Shown one piece after another: positions 12,540 through 26,167 of a DNA stretch of 64,000 nt; position 1 is the stretch's first letter; each line of letters starts with the position of its first letter. Made by a program: the position numbers and the translations under genes. The stretch spans positions 51,400,001 through 51,464,000 of the forward strand of contig CM052817.1 in NCBI GenBank assembly GCA_028534125.1, read 5' to 3'. The stretch comes from Lama glama. Its lineage: Eukaryota. The notes beneath the pieces were generated by a model. It searched no databases, was not told the DNA's origin, and saw only the letters and a program-made list of their open reading frames with translations.

Positions 12540-13900
12540 AAGATACACTTCAATTTTACTTTGTAGCTTCTACTTAGCAAAATTTTCTTTTGCATTTATT
12601 TACAGAATTCTTAACTTCTATTTATTTCTGTTTTCTTTTCTGTGTGTAGGGGTGTGTATGTTTGTGTGTGTCCTTCATTGGTTTCAAAAAGTTACATGCC
12701 TTTTATTCTAATTACTTTATTGAATATAAAAATTTTAGCATGCATACTTAACTGTATAATATTCCAAATTAACTAACCTTTCTACTCTTCCCCTGAACAA
12801 TAAGAATATTGCAGACATTCCTATATTCCCCAGACATTATTGATTATTAATTTAGATCTACTAATTTTTGTTCTAAAATATTTGAATAATAATACCATTA
12901 CTAAAAATATAGTGAAAGTTAGATTTACTAAATATTTTACTTTTTTTTTTACTCTTGTTTTTTGCACACCAGTCCTTCTTTTTGTCTTTGATTCTCTTCT
13001 TTTTGACAGATATCCTCTAGTGGTTTATTCAGAGAAGATGTAAGAGTATAAATTCTATTAGTCTTTGTAAATCTGAAAATTCACCCTTCTTCCAATAAAA
13101 GCTTAATTCATTAAAGAATTCTGGGTTGACTCTTATCTTCAGACACTTCTGGCCCCTGTTGCTCATGATAAGCCTGCAGCCAGTCAGAAACTTTCCGTTT
13201 CAGGGATTCTGTTTCCTCCATATATACTGAAAAAATTACATTTAGCTTGGGCATGCTGAAGATGTACTGCTGTGTATTCAGCCATGTGTTTGGTATCACT
13301 TCCCCTGATTAGGATAAGAGGGGATTTTTCAGTCAATTTATGTCTTTCTCTGTTCTAGAATGATTTCAGCCACTTTTTTTTTTTTTCAAATGTGCCTCTT
13401 TCCCATTATTTTTCCTTTTTGGAACTCCTATAATGTGCAAGTTGGAGCTTTTCTTAATAGATCTCTTATCTTCTTATGTTATATTCTGGTAATTTGCCTG
13501 AGAAAAATCTTTTTGAATAATAAGTTTTTTTTAAAGCTAGTTCACTCTTTCATCTGTCTAATTTTTAATAGCTATGTTGTTCATTTCTAGAATTTCAGTT
13601 TGATATGTTTTTCTTTCAAATCTACTTGTTTTTTCCCTGAGACTATCTTATTTTTGTTTAATTGATTTTTTTAATTTTAATAGGCTTTTTGTAATGTCTC
13701 TTCTCTGTTTTATTGTATCTATAAACTCTTTATGACATGGTAATTTTTTTTCTTCTATTGTTTTGTAATTTTTACTAATGAGCTCATCCACAGCAGTTAT
13801 TAATTTCATGGGAGTACACAGGCCTTGTGTTGTATCACCGTTTTGTGGGGGCCACTTTATGCTTGGTTGTGCTGGAGTCCCATTAATGCCTTCTTATAAA
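12540..13900 (-). mobile_element. Ancient L1 (L1M/HAL1-like) fragments
   Basis: T-rich antisense L1-like stretches (gtctttgtaaatctgaaaat; aagaattctgggttgac; ttttggaactcctataat; ttctagaatttcagtttg). Confidence 0.55.
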
Positions 13901-15169
13901 AAGAACAGTCTTCTCCAATTATATTTTTCTGTCTGTCTTCCACATTTAGATACCAAAAATGTATTTTTTCTCAATTAAATTGATCAGTTAGCAACCAAAC
14001 ATCTTTCAGTCTGAATACAAAAGAAACTAATACCATGAAACTAAAGTCACAAGAACCCATGATTTATGTTGCAAATTGTATCAACTAAATAATATTCAAA
14101 TAAATAAGTTTTTAAAAGTCCAAATTCTACAATATTTTTAATCTGGTTTTTCTCTCACACAAGGAGAGAAAATAGGAAAAATATACTTACAGAAAAGCGT
14201 CAAAGTTATTTTTTAGATACAGTGATCTTGTTCTTCCAAGCCCTCATGCAAATATTTGTTTCCCAAGAAAGCCATTATCTGCTTCTTTCTAATAACAAAA
14301 TGATAAGCTTTTATTAAGGGAAAAATAAACTTCCTAAAGGAGCAGGTTAATTCTAAGTACATTAATTATAAAAACAGTTTTAAATGTTAATCTATGTGCA
14401 AAACAATATCCAAAAATGAACCGTCTGTTACATTTGCCCTATAGTAGAACAATACAGGCTATTAGGAGGAAATTACACTGTTGCTAACCAGGCTCCAAAT
14501 AAAGGATGCCATCTCTACAGTTTGAATCTTCATAGAACATCTGCCATAAAATAAGGGAGATATATCATTAAAATATTTTATGCCTGCCTATAGAAAATGC
14601 ATCAGTATACAGTCAGGTTTGCAACAGAGTAATAAGATCTATGCTGAAGTGCTTTACAGGAAATCTATCCATCTAAAGACTAACTGGATCCTCTGACATA
14701 AATATAGAAAAATAAAATCAAAGGCATTTTTTCATCAGAATAATTTTAGAGAAATTATAACACAAATTTCACAGAAGTTTTGACAAAAATTGTATCATAT
14801 TGGAAATCTGGAATTTTGAAATAAGCAGGGTTCATTTTAGGCCCAATCAAAGTGAGTTAAATCACAAAATTATTAAACTTGATTTTAATACAAAACAGCT
14901 ATTGATTGGGCTCCACAGGTCAAAAACAATGATATATCTTCTTTAAAGAAAATAATTAAACATTATACTATTTGGACTATAATAAGTAGAGTATTTTTTT
15001 AACGTAGAGAAAAATCTATCAAATTCATTCCCTCTCACTCTCTTTCTCTCATTGCTTCATGTAACTAGAAAATTAAAGAGTTCTCCTCCCTTAAGATATA
15101 AACAGTACAAATTTGCATAAAACTAGGAACCACTTCAAGTACAGACAAAATAAGTAATTGCCTTGGATT

Positions 15170-15320
15170 ACTGTCATAGCTCTGACTCTTGGGTCAGGTT
15201 GTCATCATTCAATCACTGTTACCACTCACAGACCTTGGGAAATTTCACCTTTGCCCTCAGTTTTCTTGTCTATATAATGGTACTCACAGGAATGTTGGGT
15301 ACATTCAATTGAAAGAAATA
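15170..15320 (+). mobile_element. MIR SINE
   Basis: gaccttgggaaatttcacctttgccctcagttttcttgtctatataatgg. Confidence 0.6.
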
Positions 15321-15629
15321 TTGATAGAGGACAAAAGAGACAGATAGAGATAGAGAGAGATCATGTCTTCTAATTCCTGGTCCAAAGAAATCACTCAAGT
15401 ATCTTTGTTATTTTTCTCCCAGTGATTGGTGGTGGTGGTGTTGTTTGTATTATTGTTATGTGATAAAATTTATGGACTTTCAGATCCAGCATTGTAAAGT
15501 AACACCTTTTTATATACAGAAAGCCCAATTTAAATCCATTTATTTTTCATAGGAAAAACACATTAATAAACAACAGTAATTTTTCTGTAACCTGGGCTAA
15601 CTAACTTCTTAGTGCTATAGGTAGGATTT

Positions 15630-16070
15630 AGTCATTCATTTGGTCACTCAGCAAATACTTATTGAAATTTATTAAATGCTAAGTCCTGGCCTGATCCTGT
15701 AGATACAGTGGAGACCAGAACAGTTTAAATGCCTGCCATGGTAGAGCTTTTATTATTGGAAAGCAAGAGTGGATAGACAAAAATATTTTATAAATATACA
15801 CATATATGTGTATATATATATATATAATGCTTATTATATTTTATATATCATATGCATATATATAATGTTAGACAGTGATAAGTGTTATAATGTAGAAAAT
15901 ATAACTGGACAAGGATATGGAGAGTGTCGGAAAGTGAGGAAAGAAATTAGTTTAAATAGCGTGGTCAGAGAACTTCCAACCCAAATGAAATGAGAGAGTA
16001 AGCCATGAGACTATGAGGGAGACAAGGCAGGGCGATAACTGACCATGGATCGATCATGTTTGGCATGTTT
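15630..16070 (-). mobile_element. L2 LINE fragment with TA-rich insert
   Basis: tcattcatttggtcactcagcaaatacttattga...gcctgccatggtagagcttt...gataagtgttat...gtggtcagagaa. Confidence 0.65.
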
Positions 16071-17854
16071 GTTCACAATACTAACCTAGCAACTTGGCTA
16101 AAAGCTGTCATGTAACACCTGGCACATAGTAGACACTCAGCATCGGGTAGTTACTATTATGAAATGATGGATTAAGTATGGGCTATATAGCTATTTATTT
16201 GGGAGGACTAGAAATATCTGGGGAGAGAAATTCTCTGGTAAATAAACCACTAAAGACCCTTGAAATTTAAAAAAGCACCAGGAGGAAAGAAGAAGCTATT
16301 AAAAAAGAAAACAAGGAAAGTCCAAATATAAAAATTAGTCATTTTACTATTTTGCCAAATGAAAAGAGTAAAAATGTCCAGCTTCCTTGAGGATTTTAGA
16401 ATTAAGTCCATCATGTCTTCCCTAAGTCAGTTTCCGCCACTCTGTTAGACCAGCCTCTCAAGAAAATCTTGCGTATGTAAAGCATGTTAAAAATGCAAGT
16501 AGAGTTAATACTTTATACAGGTTTAAATAGATAAACATTTTATCTATACTTGATGATTCTCTTTTGTCATATTTTAAAGCATTTATTCTAGAACAAAGAA
16601 TCTTAGCAGCTATTAGGAAGTAACAAAAAAAATCAGAAAATATGAAGTTAAATTGATTGAAGGAATTCTAGTACCTACAAAATAGAGCATTAATAAGTTT
16701 ACCTGAGTTAAAAAGATGTATGTTAAATACTTAAATGTACAAAGTGACTCCTAACACCTGAGGTAGGTGGGGGTCGGGGGAGAGAAAAGGAAATAATTTT
16801 GTCCCAAAAGGCAAGCTATAAAAGCAGTGTAAAATGGATAATGGCAAACTCAGTGAGAAGGAGTAGAGGGGATCAAGGGCTATACACATTTTGACAGAAT
16901 TAATAAACATAACTAAATAAAGAACATGTCTTTCAGAATAAAAGATAGGAAAAAAAATCAAGGGAGTAAATGCCGTAATCTGTCATATTCTCTGTCAACC
17001 ACTGTCCAAGGGACTGAAATTTTGTCCAAAGACTTCAGTATTAGAGTCCACTGGTAAGACCATCACTCCCTTTGGTTGCTGCCAATAACAGTTATGAATG
17101 TGCCTACTTACCCCAATGGCCCCATGCTAATTAAGTTGTTCTCTTACCATAATTTGAACTATGATATAGGATTGGCTTATAAGGAGCAAATATACTGGTC
17201 ATCTTAACGTGACTTTATCATTCATGTGATTTTTTTATTTCTCATTTTTCATTATTCAGTTATCAGTCTGTCTTTTATCAGTCTCTGATAGTGTAAATCT
17301 ACCTGGAAAGACATTTTGATTCTCACATGCATCAAGGTATCAGGATCTGCAATATTAAGATCCGTATTAGGAACCCAAGTCAATTCCCCAAGGAAACAGC
17401 CCTCTTCAAGGCTTTGAGACAGCCAGCCTTTCCATGAGCCACTCCACTCTATTCAAATTCTTTAACTATCCTCCAGACCTAATTTTCACTTTTACCTGTC
17501 TTTACCAAAAACCATTTTCAGTATTTGAAAGCTGATCCTACCACCTCTTAAAATCTGATCAGTCATCCCAGGTTTTAAAATTCATTTAAAAATCACCCCT
17601 TCTGAATTATCTGGCAGAAGTAATATTTTGGTTTTTTAGCTTTGAATCTTATATATGTATGTGTAAACATAAATTTATATGTATGACTACATATTATATG
17701 ATTTTATATTGTTTTCTACTTGTGTTATATATCTCTTCTCTCTCCTAAATGATAAACCACTTAAAAGAAGGATGAGATATTATTATTTATTATATGTAGT
17801 TTAAGAACTTCTGGAGATCTATTTTTAAAATCTGGATTTTTTTAAACTTTTTAA

Positions 17855-19480
17855 AAGACTTTATTTTTTGGAAAAGTTTTAGGTCACAGCAAAATTGAGA
17901 AGAAGGTACAGAGATTCCCCATCTAGCCCCTGCACCAACACATACATGGCTTTCTCCATTATCAATATCTCCCACCAGAGTGGTAAATTTGTTACAACTG
18001 ATGAACTTACATTGATACATCATAATCACCCCAAATCCATACTTCCCATTAGGGTACACTATTGGTGTCGCACATTCTATGGGTTTGGATAAATGTGTAA
18101 TGACATGTATCCATCATTGTAGGATCATACAGACTATTTTCATTGTCTCAAAAATCCTCTGTGCTTCACCTATTCTCCCCTGCCCCCAACCTCTGGCAAC
18201 CACTGATCTATTTACTATCTCCATAGTTTTACTTTTTCTAGAATATTATATAGTTAGAATCATACAGTATGCAGTCTTCTCTGATTGGCTTCTTTCACTT
18301 AGTCATACTCATGTAAGTTTCCTCCATGTATATTTTCAGGGCTTGATAGCTCATTTCTTTGTAGCATTGAAAAATATTGCATTGTCTAAATGTACCAAAG
18401 TTTATTTATCCATTTACCCACTAAAGGACATCTTTGTGGTTTCCAGGTTTTGGTAATTGTGAATAAAGCTGCTATAAACATTTGTGTCCAGTTTTTTGTG
18501 TGGACATGTTTTTAACTCCTTTGAGTAAACAGCAAAGAGTGCTATTACTGCTGGATCATATGGTATGAGTATGTTTAATTGTTAAAGAGGCCACCAAAAT
18601 GTTTTCCAAAGTGGCTGTACCATTTTTTCCATTCCCACCAGCAATGTATGAGAGTTCCTGTTGCTTCACATCTTCCCATGATGTCAGTGTTCTGGATTTT
18701 GGCCATTCCAATAGGTATGTGGTAGTATCCCATTGTTGTTTTAATATTTATTTCCATGATGACCTATGATATGTCTTTTTATATTCTTACTTGCCACGTG
18801 TATATCTTCTTTGGAAAGGTATCTATTAAGATTTTTGGCCCATTTTTAAATCAGATTGTTTGTTTAATTACTATTGAGTTTTAACAGTTTTTGGTATATT
18901 TTGAATAACAGTCCTTTATTAGATGTGTCTTTTGCAAATATTTGTTCCCAGCCTATGGCTTTTCTTCTCACTCTCTTAACATTGTCTTTCACAGACCCGA
19001 AATTTTTAATTTTGAGGAAGTTCAGTTTGGTATTTTTGTTACGGATTGGGACTTTGGTGTCTTATCTAAAAAGTCATTGCCATTCCTAAGTCCTATCTAG
19101 GTTTTCTCCTATGGTATCTTCTAGGAATTTTATAATTTTGCATTTTACATTTAGGTCCATGATCCATTTGGAGTAATTTTGGTGAAGGGTGGAAGTTCTG
19201 TGTCTAGATTTTGTTTTTCTTGTGGATGCCCAGTTGTTCCAGCACCATTTGTTGAAAAGACTCTTTGCTTCATTGTAGTACCTTTGCTCCTTTGTCAAAG
19301 ATCATTTGACTATGTTTATCTGGGTCTATTTTTGAGCTTTCTATTCGTTCCTGTGGTTTACTTGTCTATTCTTTCACCAATAATAGCACACCGTTTTGAT
19401 TACTGTAGCTTTATAGTGAGTCTTGAATTCAGGTGGTATCAGTATTCCAACTTTGTTCCTGTCCTTCAGTATTGTTTTTT
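17855..19480 (-). mobile_element. L1MC1/2-like LINE: 3' UTR plus ORF2 C-terminal remnant
   Basis: Characteristic end gttttaggtcacagcaaaattgagaagaaggtacagagatt; minus-strand ORF2 remnants SLFNKWCWNNW and TLIHCWWEWKKWYSHFG. Confidence 0.92.
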
Positions 19481-20840
19481 CTGGGCCAAACTTGGAAAAT
19501 TTTGTATTAAACATTCTTATGTACCAAAGCTGCTTTGTACTGTATTTAGGCACATAGAGTTAATTGACAATAGTTGTTAACTTCATTCAGGTACTACTTC
19601 TCACAGAAGAGATAACACCCTTAACATTGTTTTATGTCAAGCAATAGTAGAAAAAAATAATAATACATTGTTCTGAAGAGACAATTTGTCCACTTACTGA
19701 GAATGATTTATCTGGAAATGATGATAAAGAATCTCTTCCATATAGAAATGAAGACTTATTTCCCCTCTGGGTCTAGCTGTCTGACTGCCTAGCTACATGA
19801 ATTTGCTTAGCACATAAGTGCCAAAGCTGTTGCAGGCAAAATAGGTAAGGGACATTTTTTTCCTGATCAAGCTTGGCCTTGATTGTTTTAACTCTAAAAT
19901 CTTACCATTTTATAGAACAAGGAGATTATAGCATTGTGTACATCCATTCTTCTGTATTGCTTCTGAACTGAGTTTTATAGGTAGAGTTCAGTACAGAAAG
20001 GGAGACTGAATGGTCTAAGGCCATATTAAGAATCTGCACCAGACTGTCATTAGAACTTGAAAGCACTTTCAGACAAGCCTGCGCCCAAAACAGGAGTCTG
20101 TGTCAGTCCCTGTGTCAGTCTTAATCACTAAGAAGTAACACTATTAACTACAAAAAGCACTTTTAACTAAAGGGATTTCTAGCCTAATATCAACATCCAA
20201 GTCAAAGGAAAACCACGTTTCCTAGTAAAAAGGAAGGTATAAATACTGTACAAAGATGACATTTAAAAATTCCTTCAGAATTGATTTTAAGAGAATTTGG
20301 TCCAATTAGAATTAAGTCACAAAAAAGAGATAAACTCTTTTGTATGACCCAATCAGCCAGCATTGTGCTTTTTCCATGTTATAATTTTAAGTTCTGAACA
20401 AGAGTCAAGCTTAAGCCTAAGCAGTAGAGCTATTATAGGAACAGTTGGGGGCAGGTCTAGAGAAGTGGCTGAGGAATCTCCTGGGAATCCTTAGCAAAAA
20501 AGGAGCCAGACACAGGAAGATAGACTCACTTACACACAGCCAACTTTGTCATTAAGGGGTTGGTGATCTAGAATATTAACCCTCTGCTCTGTCCTCCATT
20601 CCGGTGCTAAGAGTTCTATGAAGACAGGGATAATGAGTTAAAAGGGCAAAGATATTTGAGTAAAAGATTTATAGCAGGGTTTTCTCTCCATTCTGACACA
20701 GTGTAGCTCAGAGGATCTCACATTGTTCTCTCCCAGTTCCCTCCAAACCACCTTGTTCATTTGGCACCAAGACTTTATACATGAGCAAAGTCATTTAGCA
20801 GACTGGCAAAGCTTCATGGCAAGAGATTGCAGTCCCCAGT

Positions 20841-20880
20841 AAAGCAGCAGTACATTTCATAAAGCAGCAGTACATTTCAT
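20841..20880 (+). repeat. Perfect 20-bp tandem duplication (aaagcagcagtacatttcat)x2
   Basis: Directly visible. Confidence 0.95.
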
Positions 20881-22091
20881 AGAGGCCCACTTGGAGAATG
20901 TAAAGTTGAGTAGGTTGGTGCCAATGCCCAGAGGGAGAGAGCAGCAGTGGTGGTGGCAGGTGGTGGGAGCAGACTTGTTTGCAAGAAAACGTGAGATACT
21001 TTCTGAAATAGCAAGCAGGGGCCTTTGTTGAGCACAAAGATTCTTCCATCTGTACCAGAGGTAAGTTGCCAGTGGAATTTCTTATCGGCTCACAGGCTGG
21101 TGAAACTTAGGGAGATAACGTAAAGGTAGATCTAGGGTAACATTGCTGGTTTCTATATAATAGTTCTGTGATATTTGAGGGTTAACTGATTCTTATGCAT
21201 GTGATGGTCACAACTTCTGATTTTAACCTTAACAAGTTTATGCTTGTGCTATATCATTAGCAAGATTTCAAGGTTATAATTATAAAGCCAGACAAAACCA
21301 TCTAATAAAAGCTATCCAAGATCCAATCAGATGCCATTTTTATGTATATAATACTTGTGAAAATGGCACAATGAAAAGAAAATATATATACATATGAATA
21401 GAGGACCGAGTTCTGCCAAAGAGATCAAAGAGGTAGAACAGAATTAATAGGGATATAAAGAGTCTAATAAAATGGCATTAATGGTTCTCTAGAGGTAGGT
21501 GGGAAGACATTTTAAATATCCCAGTAAAGCCAGAAATAATGTAAAACCCAACTGAGTAATGAAAACAGTTATATGCAAACTTAGATGTGCTTGAAAGATT
21601 GTGAGAATAAATAGTATCAGAAGAATTGGCTGATGATGTGATTTAAATCCAATTCTTAAATTTAGAAGTCTCCTTTGACGTCACTATGCGTAAGACTTGA
21701 AATGTCCATAGATAACAATAGCAAAAGCTCCATACCATGCCCAAGACGTGGGCCTCTGATTAATTGGAACCTCAAGACACCAACTGGCTATAGAAGGTGG
21801 AATCACTTCCTTGGTGAAGAAGAGTTTTTTAATCCTGAAGAAATTTAGAGTTAAGCATTAAAATAATTAAATAAGTGAAACTCATCTTTGTTTATGTTTG
21901 TGAATGATAGAAAGTTCATTCATTTTATGTGTCAAACATTGTTGCAGACTCTGGAATAGAATGATAAACAAGAGTCTACGTCCTCCTCATGGAGTCTATA
22001 ATCTAGAGGAAAAGATGAAGAGTGCTCAAGTAATTACACATATTATATATAGTATGTGTATATAGTATGATATTGTATGTGTAGTATGATA

Positions 22092-22840
22092 CTGTATTTT
22101 ATCAAATCTGAAATGCCATCAGTTATAAGATGTGCTATTTTTACTAAGAAAGCAGACAACAACAACTGATAATTAAAATATGGTGCAATACTTTTAATCT
22201 GTTAGATTTTTATATTTCATATTTTTAAGTTTTTTGGCCATATTTCATCATATATTACTCTTGGTCATGTAGGAAAGTGCATAAAAGTGAAATCAACTGA
22301 ATAATGTTTTCTTAAAAATGTTTTCTATTCACAATCAAGCTCCCCTTAGTCCTTAGTAGTATTAATGTCACCACACACACACACACACACACAATCATTC
22401 TCTGTGTTATCAGAAATGTTAACGCTATAGGATTTCTTACAAATGAACTCCATTTTTGCTTCTAAAATTTTCTTTTAAGCCACTGAACCCCATTCTGCAA
22501 TTTTGGTGCCAGTAATTTCTAGTTTAGCATGTGAAAAGCAATCTTTGTGCATAGAATTCAGTAACAAAATATAACCCATCTTCATCTACTATAGGTATCT
22601 CTTTTTCAGGTACCATAAAAAATTCATTGCTGCTTTGCAAGTAAATGTGGAGATGCAGAGATTGTCCCATTGACTTACCTTCGCTGCTCTATCAAATTCA
22701 TGCCACGTTGCTATTCCCATGCATTTCTGCACTCACAAAGTCCAGTTTGCTTTACTGCCAAACAAGTGCCATTTAAAAAAACTAAATAGCAATTAAACAT
22801 CACAAATGTAATGCCAAAAATGCACATAACTTTACAATTT
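22092..22840 (-). mobile_element. TcMar-Tc2 (Kanga-like) DNA transposon, internally deleted, with transposase remnants
   Basis: TA plus TIR-like ctgtattttatcaaatctgaaatgccatc; minus-strand remnants KIAEWGSVA*KKILE..EFICKK (Tc2/pogo DDE C-terminus) and AEMHGN..HEFD...TCKA (Brinker-type DBD region); (CA)n at ~22372-22393. Confidence 0.7.
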
Positions 22841-23424
22841 ACAAGCTCATTTTAGAGTGATAAGCCAGCAAAGGTGACAGAAAAGTAGTTGTTAAGAAGT
22901 AGACAAGTAAACCACTTAAGCCAAGAGAACAAAAGGCTTTACTGTGTTAAAAACTACTAAGATGTTAAGATAGAAAGGACTTTGTAAAATCTCATCATGT
23001 TCAGTGACAAAAGGGCACTAATGAACTTGGAAGCAAAATCTTCTAGAGGAGTTGTAGCTACATTTTGGATTGAACACATACAGATTGGAATGTGTGTGGT
23101 ATATAAATAATTCTAAGTGAGTAAGGTTAATTAGTATAGACAATTCTCTTAAGAAGTTTGGCTTTAAATAGAATGAAAAGAATGTGGCAGTTGCTTAGTT
23201 ATGAGTGAGATGGAGGCAACTATATATTTTTAAGACTTGGGAAACTTGAACATATCTAAGTGCCATGAGGAAGGATCCAGTAAACTGCGGAAAATGGCAG
23301 ACAAAGAAAACCAAGGGGTTAATGAATATTGTATAGTGCCTGAGAAAGCTTGTAGGCAATGGGGTTGGGCTAAGTAGTCATTGAGGGATGTTATTCTTTC
23401 ATTTGAGATTAATTGTAGAATAAC

Positions 23425-23660
23425 AGTTAAGATCAAAGACTCTGGAATCAGATAGCCATTGTGAAAATATCACTGCTCAGTTCTGGGTGGTTGTGGGCAA
23501 GTTAGTTCCCTACTCTGACTGTGACTCAGTTTCCTCATTGGAAAAATAAGACAGAAGATGGTACCTATCTCACAGGACTGTTGTAAAGATTATATAAACT
23601 GATATTTATAAAGTCCTTAGGATAATGCATAACATGTATTAAGCATTTATTAATCATCTC
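23425..23660 (+). mobile_element. MIR SINE
   Basis: gttaagatcaaagactctggaatcaga...gggcaagttag...ctcagtttcctcatt...gtacctatctcacaggactgttgtaaagatt. Confidence 0.8.
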
Positions 23661-24059
23661 ATTGAATGCATTTCAATTACTTGAACTGAGAGAACTTGCT
23701 ACTTCAAGTTAATAATTACTCTTTATAGGTCAATGGATAAAAATTTCATGTGAAATTTGTGGCAAACATGCTATTGGTATTAACTAAATTATGCTTACTT
23801 CTCCCTCACAAAACCAGTACAGATCAGGAAAAAAAAAAAAAACCAGATAGAAAAGCAGTCTAATGGGCAGACAGGCAACTCCAGACCTCGCTTTTGAAAA
23901 CTTGCTTCCTAGAAAAATGTAGATTTTTCAGGATACTATATCTTTTGTGATCTATAAGGTTAATTTCTGATATTTCTCATATAAAAATTGAGAAATGTAT
24001 TATATATTCACATTTAATTTGCTCTGAAGGATCTTACAGTAACAATAGAATCATGCATT

Positions 24060-24250
24060 TTGGTGATACTTTGGTCATTTGCTACCTGTGCAACCCTGAG
24101 CAAATTATTGAAAGCTCTTAGTCTCTACTTCTCTTAAAAAACTGAGGCAAGTACTATCTCAGGGAGTTCTTGCAAGCATCAAATGTGAAAGTACATGTAA
24201 AGTCTTCTAATAGAGGACCTAGAACATTGTAAGTGTTTGATAATGTTCAT
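24060..24250 (+). mobile_element. MIR SINE
   Basis: ctgtgcaaccctgagcaaattatt...gtactatctcagggagttcttgcaagcatcaaatg...catgtaaag. Confidence 0.6.
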
Positions 24251-25440
24251 TGAGATTAGTAGTGCTTGTATTAATTTATTGGCAATGTTTTAATGATAGA
24301 CAAAGTAAAAATATAACAAGGTGAAATGTCTATTTATATATATTTGGTATATATTTGGTAGATGATATGGTACTATTGACAAATAATAGACACATAATAG
24401 TTGTGGAATAAATGGAAATGGAAACAATGTCACCACACAGAAATGCCCCAGTGGCTTTCTGAAATCAAATCCATTAGACATGCTTGAAAAAATTAAAGTT
24501 CAGAAAGAAAATCATGTTATTGAATAACTTCAAAGAAGATTATGTGTATTTGTCCTAAATGCAATTTTAATTATAAAATAAAATGATATTCAGATTTTTG
24601 AAACATTATGTACTTGTCTACCATTCCTCATTTTCAAAGAGAAAGTAAAATTTATACTTGCAGTATTTCCCCAGACCAATCATTATATATACAGAAATAA
24701 AAACAAAATTCAAATATTAATATTTATATTTTTTCTATTATCATAATAATGTGATGCTACTTGAAATTTTTACCATATTAATTTCTTCAGTTCTCAAAAG
24801 AAATTCAATCATAGAACTATATAATAAGATACAAAGAAGACATACATTAATCTGGATTCTTAAAAATTAAGGTGAACATTTCAAAATATACAGTCTCAAA
24901 GTTCCTTCCCAAGTGTAAAGACTATCATTTTATAATAATATAAAAATATATAATAATAAAATAATATAATTTATTTGTAACAATATAATTTTTCTTAAGT
25001 TTTAAATGTATCCATTAAGGCTGTTTTTTTTTTCATTTCTAACACTGGGAAACTTCAAAACTCAGGTTAAAAAATTCGTATTTGTTACCTAGGTTGTAGC
25101 ACTAGCCAGAGAGATAAGCTGCATACTTCTTTGTAGTCTCTTTCTACTCAAATATTTAGAAACATTTACATATCCTCAGTAGGTTTAATTTTGTCAGTTC
25201 TACCTTAAAATATTTCTCAAATGAGTCACCTTACTCCCTAGTCATAGTCTGTCATTGCCTGCTTTTCTTCCATATAATTTATCAAAACAATAACAATAAC
25301 ATCAACAGCAAACAAATCAACAAACAAAAATCAAGCCAAAAAAAGCAGTGAATTTATTATTAAGGGCATAAGGATATAACATTGAATACAAAGAAAAGGA
25401 TGCTGCCAGTCCTTGGGAACAGGAAGTGAAAATGTAAAGC

Positions 25441-25600
25441 TAATATATACAAGATCTTGTGGTAGCTCACAGCAAAAAATAAATGTGACAATGAATATAT
25501 GTATGTTCATGTATAACTGAAAAATTGTGCTCTGCACTGGAATTTGACACAAAATTGTAAAATGACCATAACTCAATAAAAAAATGTAAAAAAAAAAAAA
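25441..25600 (+). mobile_element. Young lineage-specific L1, 3' tip with poly(A)
   Basis: Highly similar to the 3' end of the L1 at ~27585-27730; A-tail; degenerate TSD gaaaatgtaaagctaa / gaaactgtagagctaa. Confidence 0.9.
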
Positions 25601-26167
25601 GAAAGAAACTGTAGAGCTAAGAGATACCACGCAATACCTTTTCTCTTGCCTCTTCCTCTTATGTCCTGTTTGTTTACCACATTCTTCTCTGTCTCCTACT
25701 CCCTTCTTCCTCTTCTCTTCCTCCTTCTCTTTCTCACTCGCTTACTCTCTCACTGCTGTCTCTCTTTCTGTTCGTCTCTCTGCTCTGCTGTCTAGACAAC
25801 GTAGTAGCATACAATGGTCCAGGATTTCCCCTGGTTTACATGTTATAGCTTCATCTGCACAAAAGAGGTTTCTCAGGCCCAGTAAATCCACAAGAAGAAA
25901 ATCTGTTGACTCAATCCAGGTAGATATTATAAATCCAGTTCTTCTTGATCAGAGCATAGAGTCATTTGTGTCGTTTAACAAAGCAATTGCTGGGCAGACA
26001 CATGTAACCCCACAGAAAGGGGATGAGTTTCCTAAGATAGCAGGTTCCTAATGAATGACATAAACAACCAAAATTGTTTATCACAGCCTAGTAGCTTTAT
26101 CCAAAACCTTCACATTCTAGTAGTAATCCAGTTTTCTAGCCTGATTTTTTTATGCCTTAAAAAGTCT

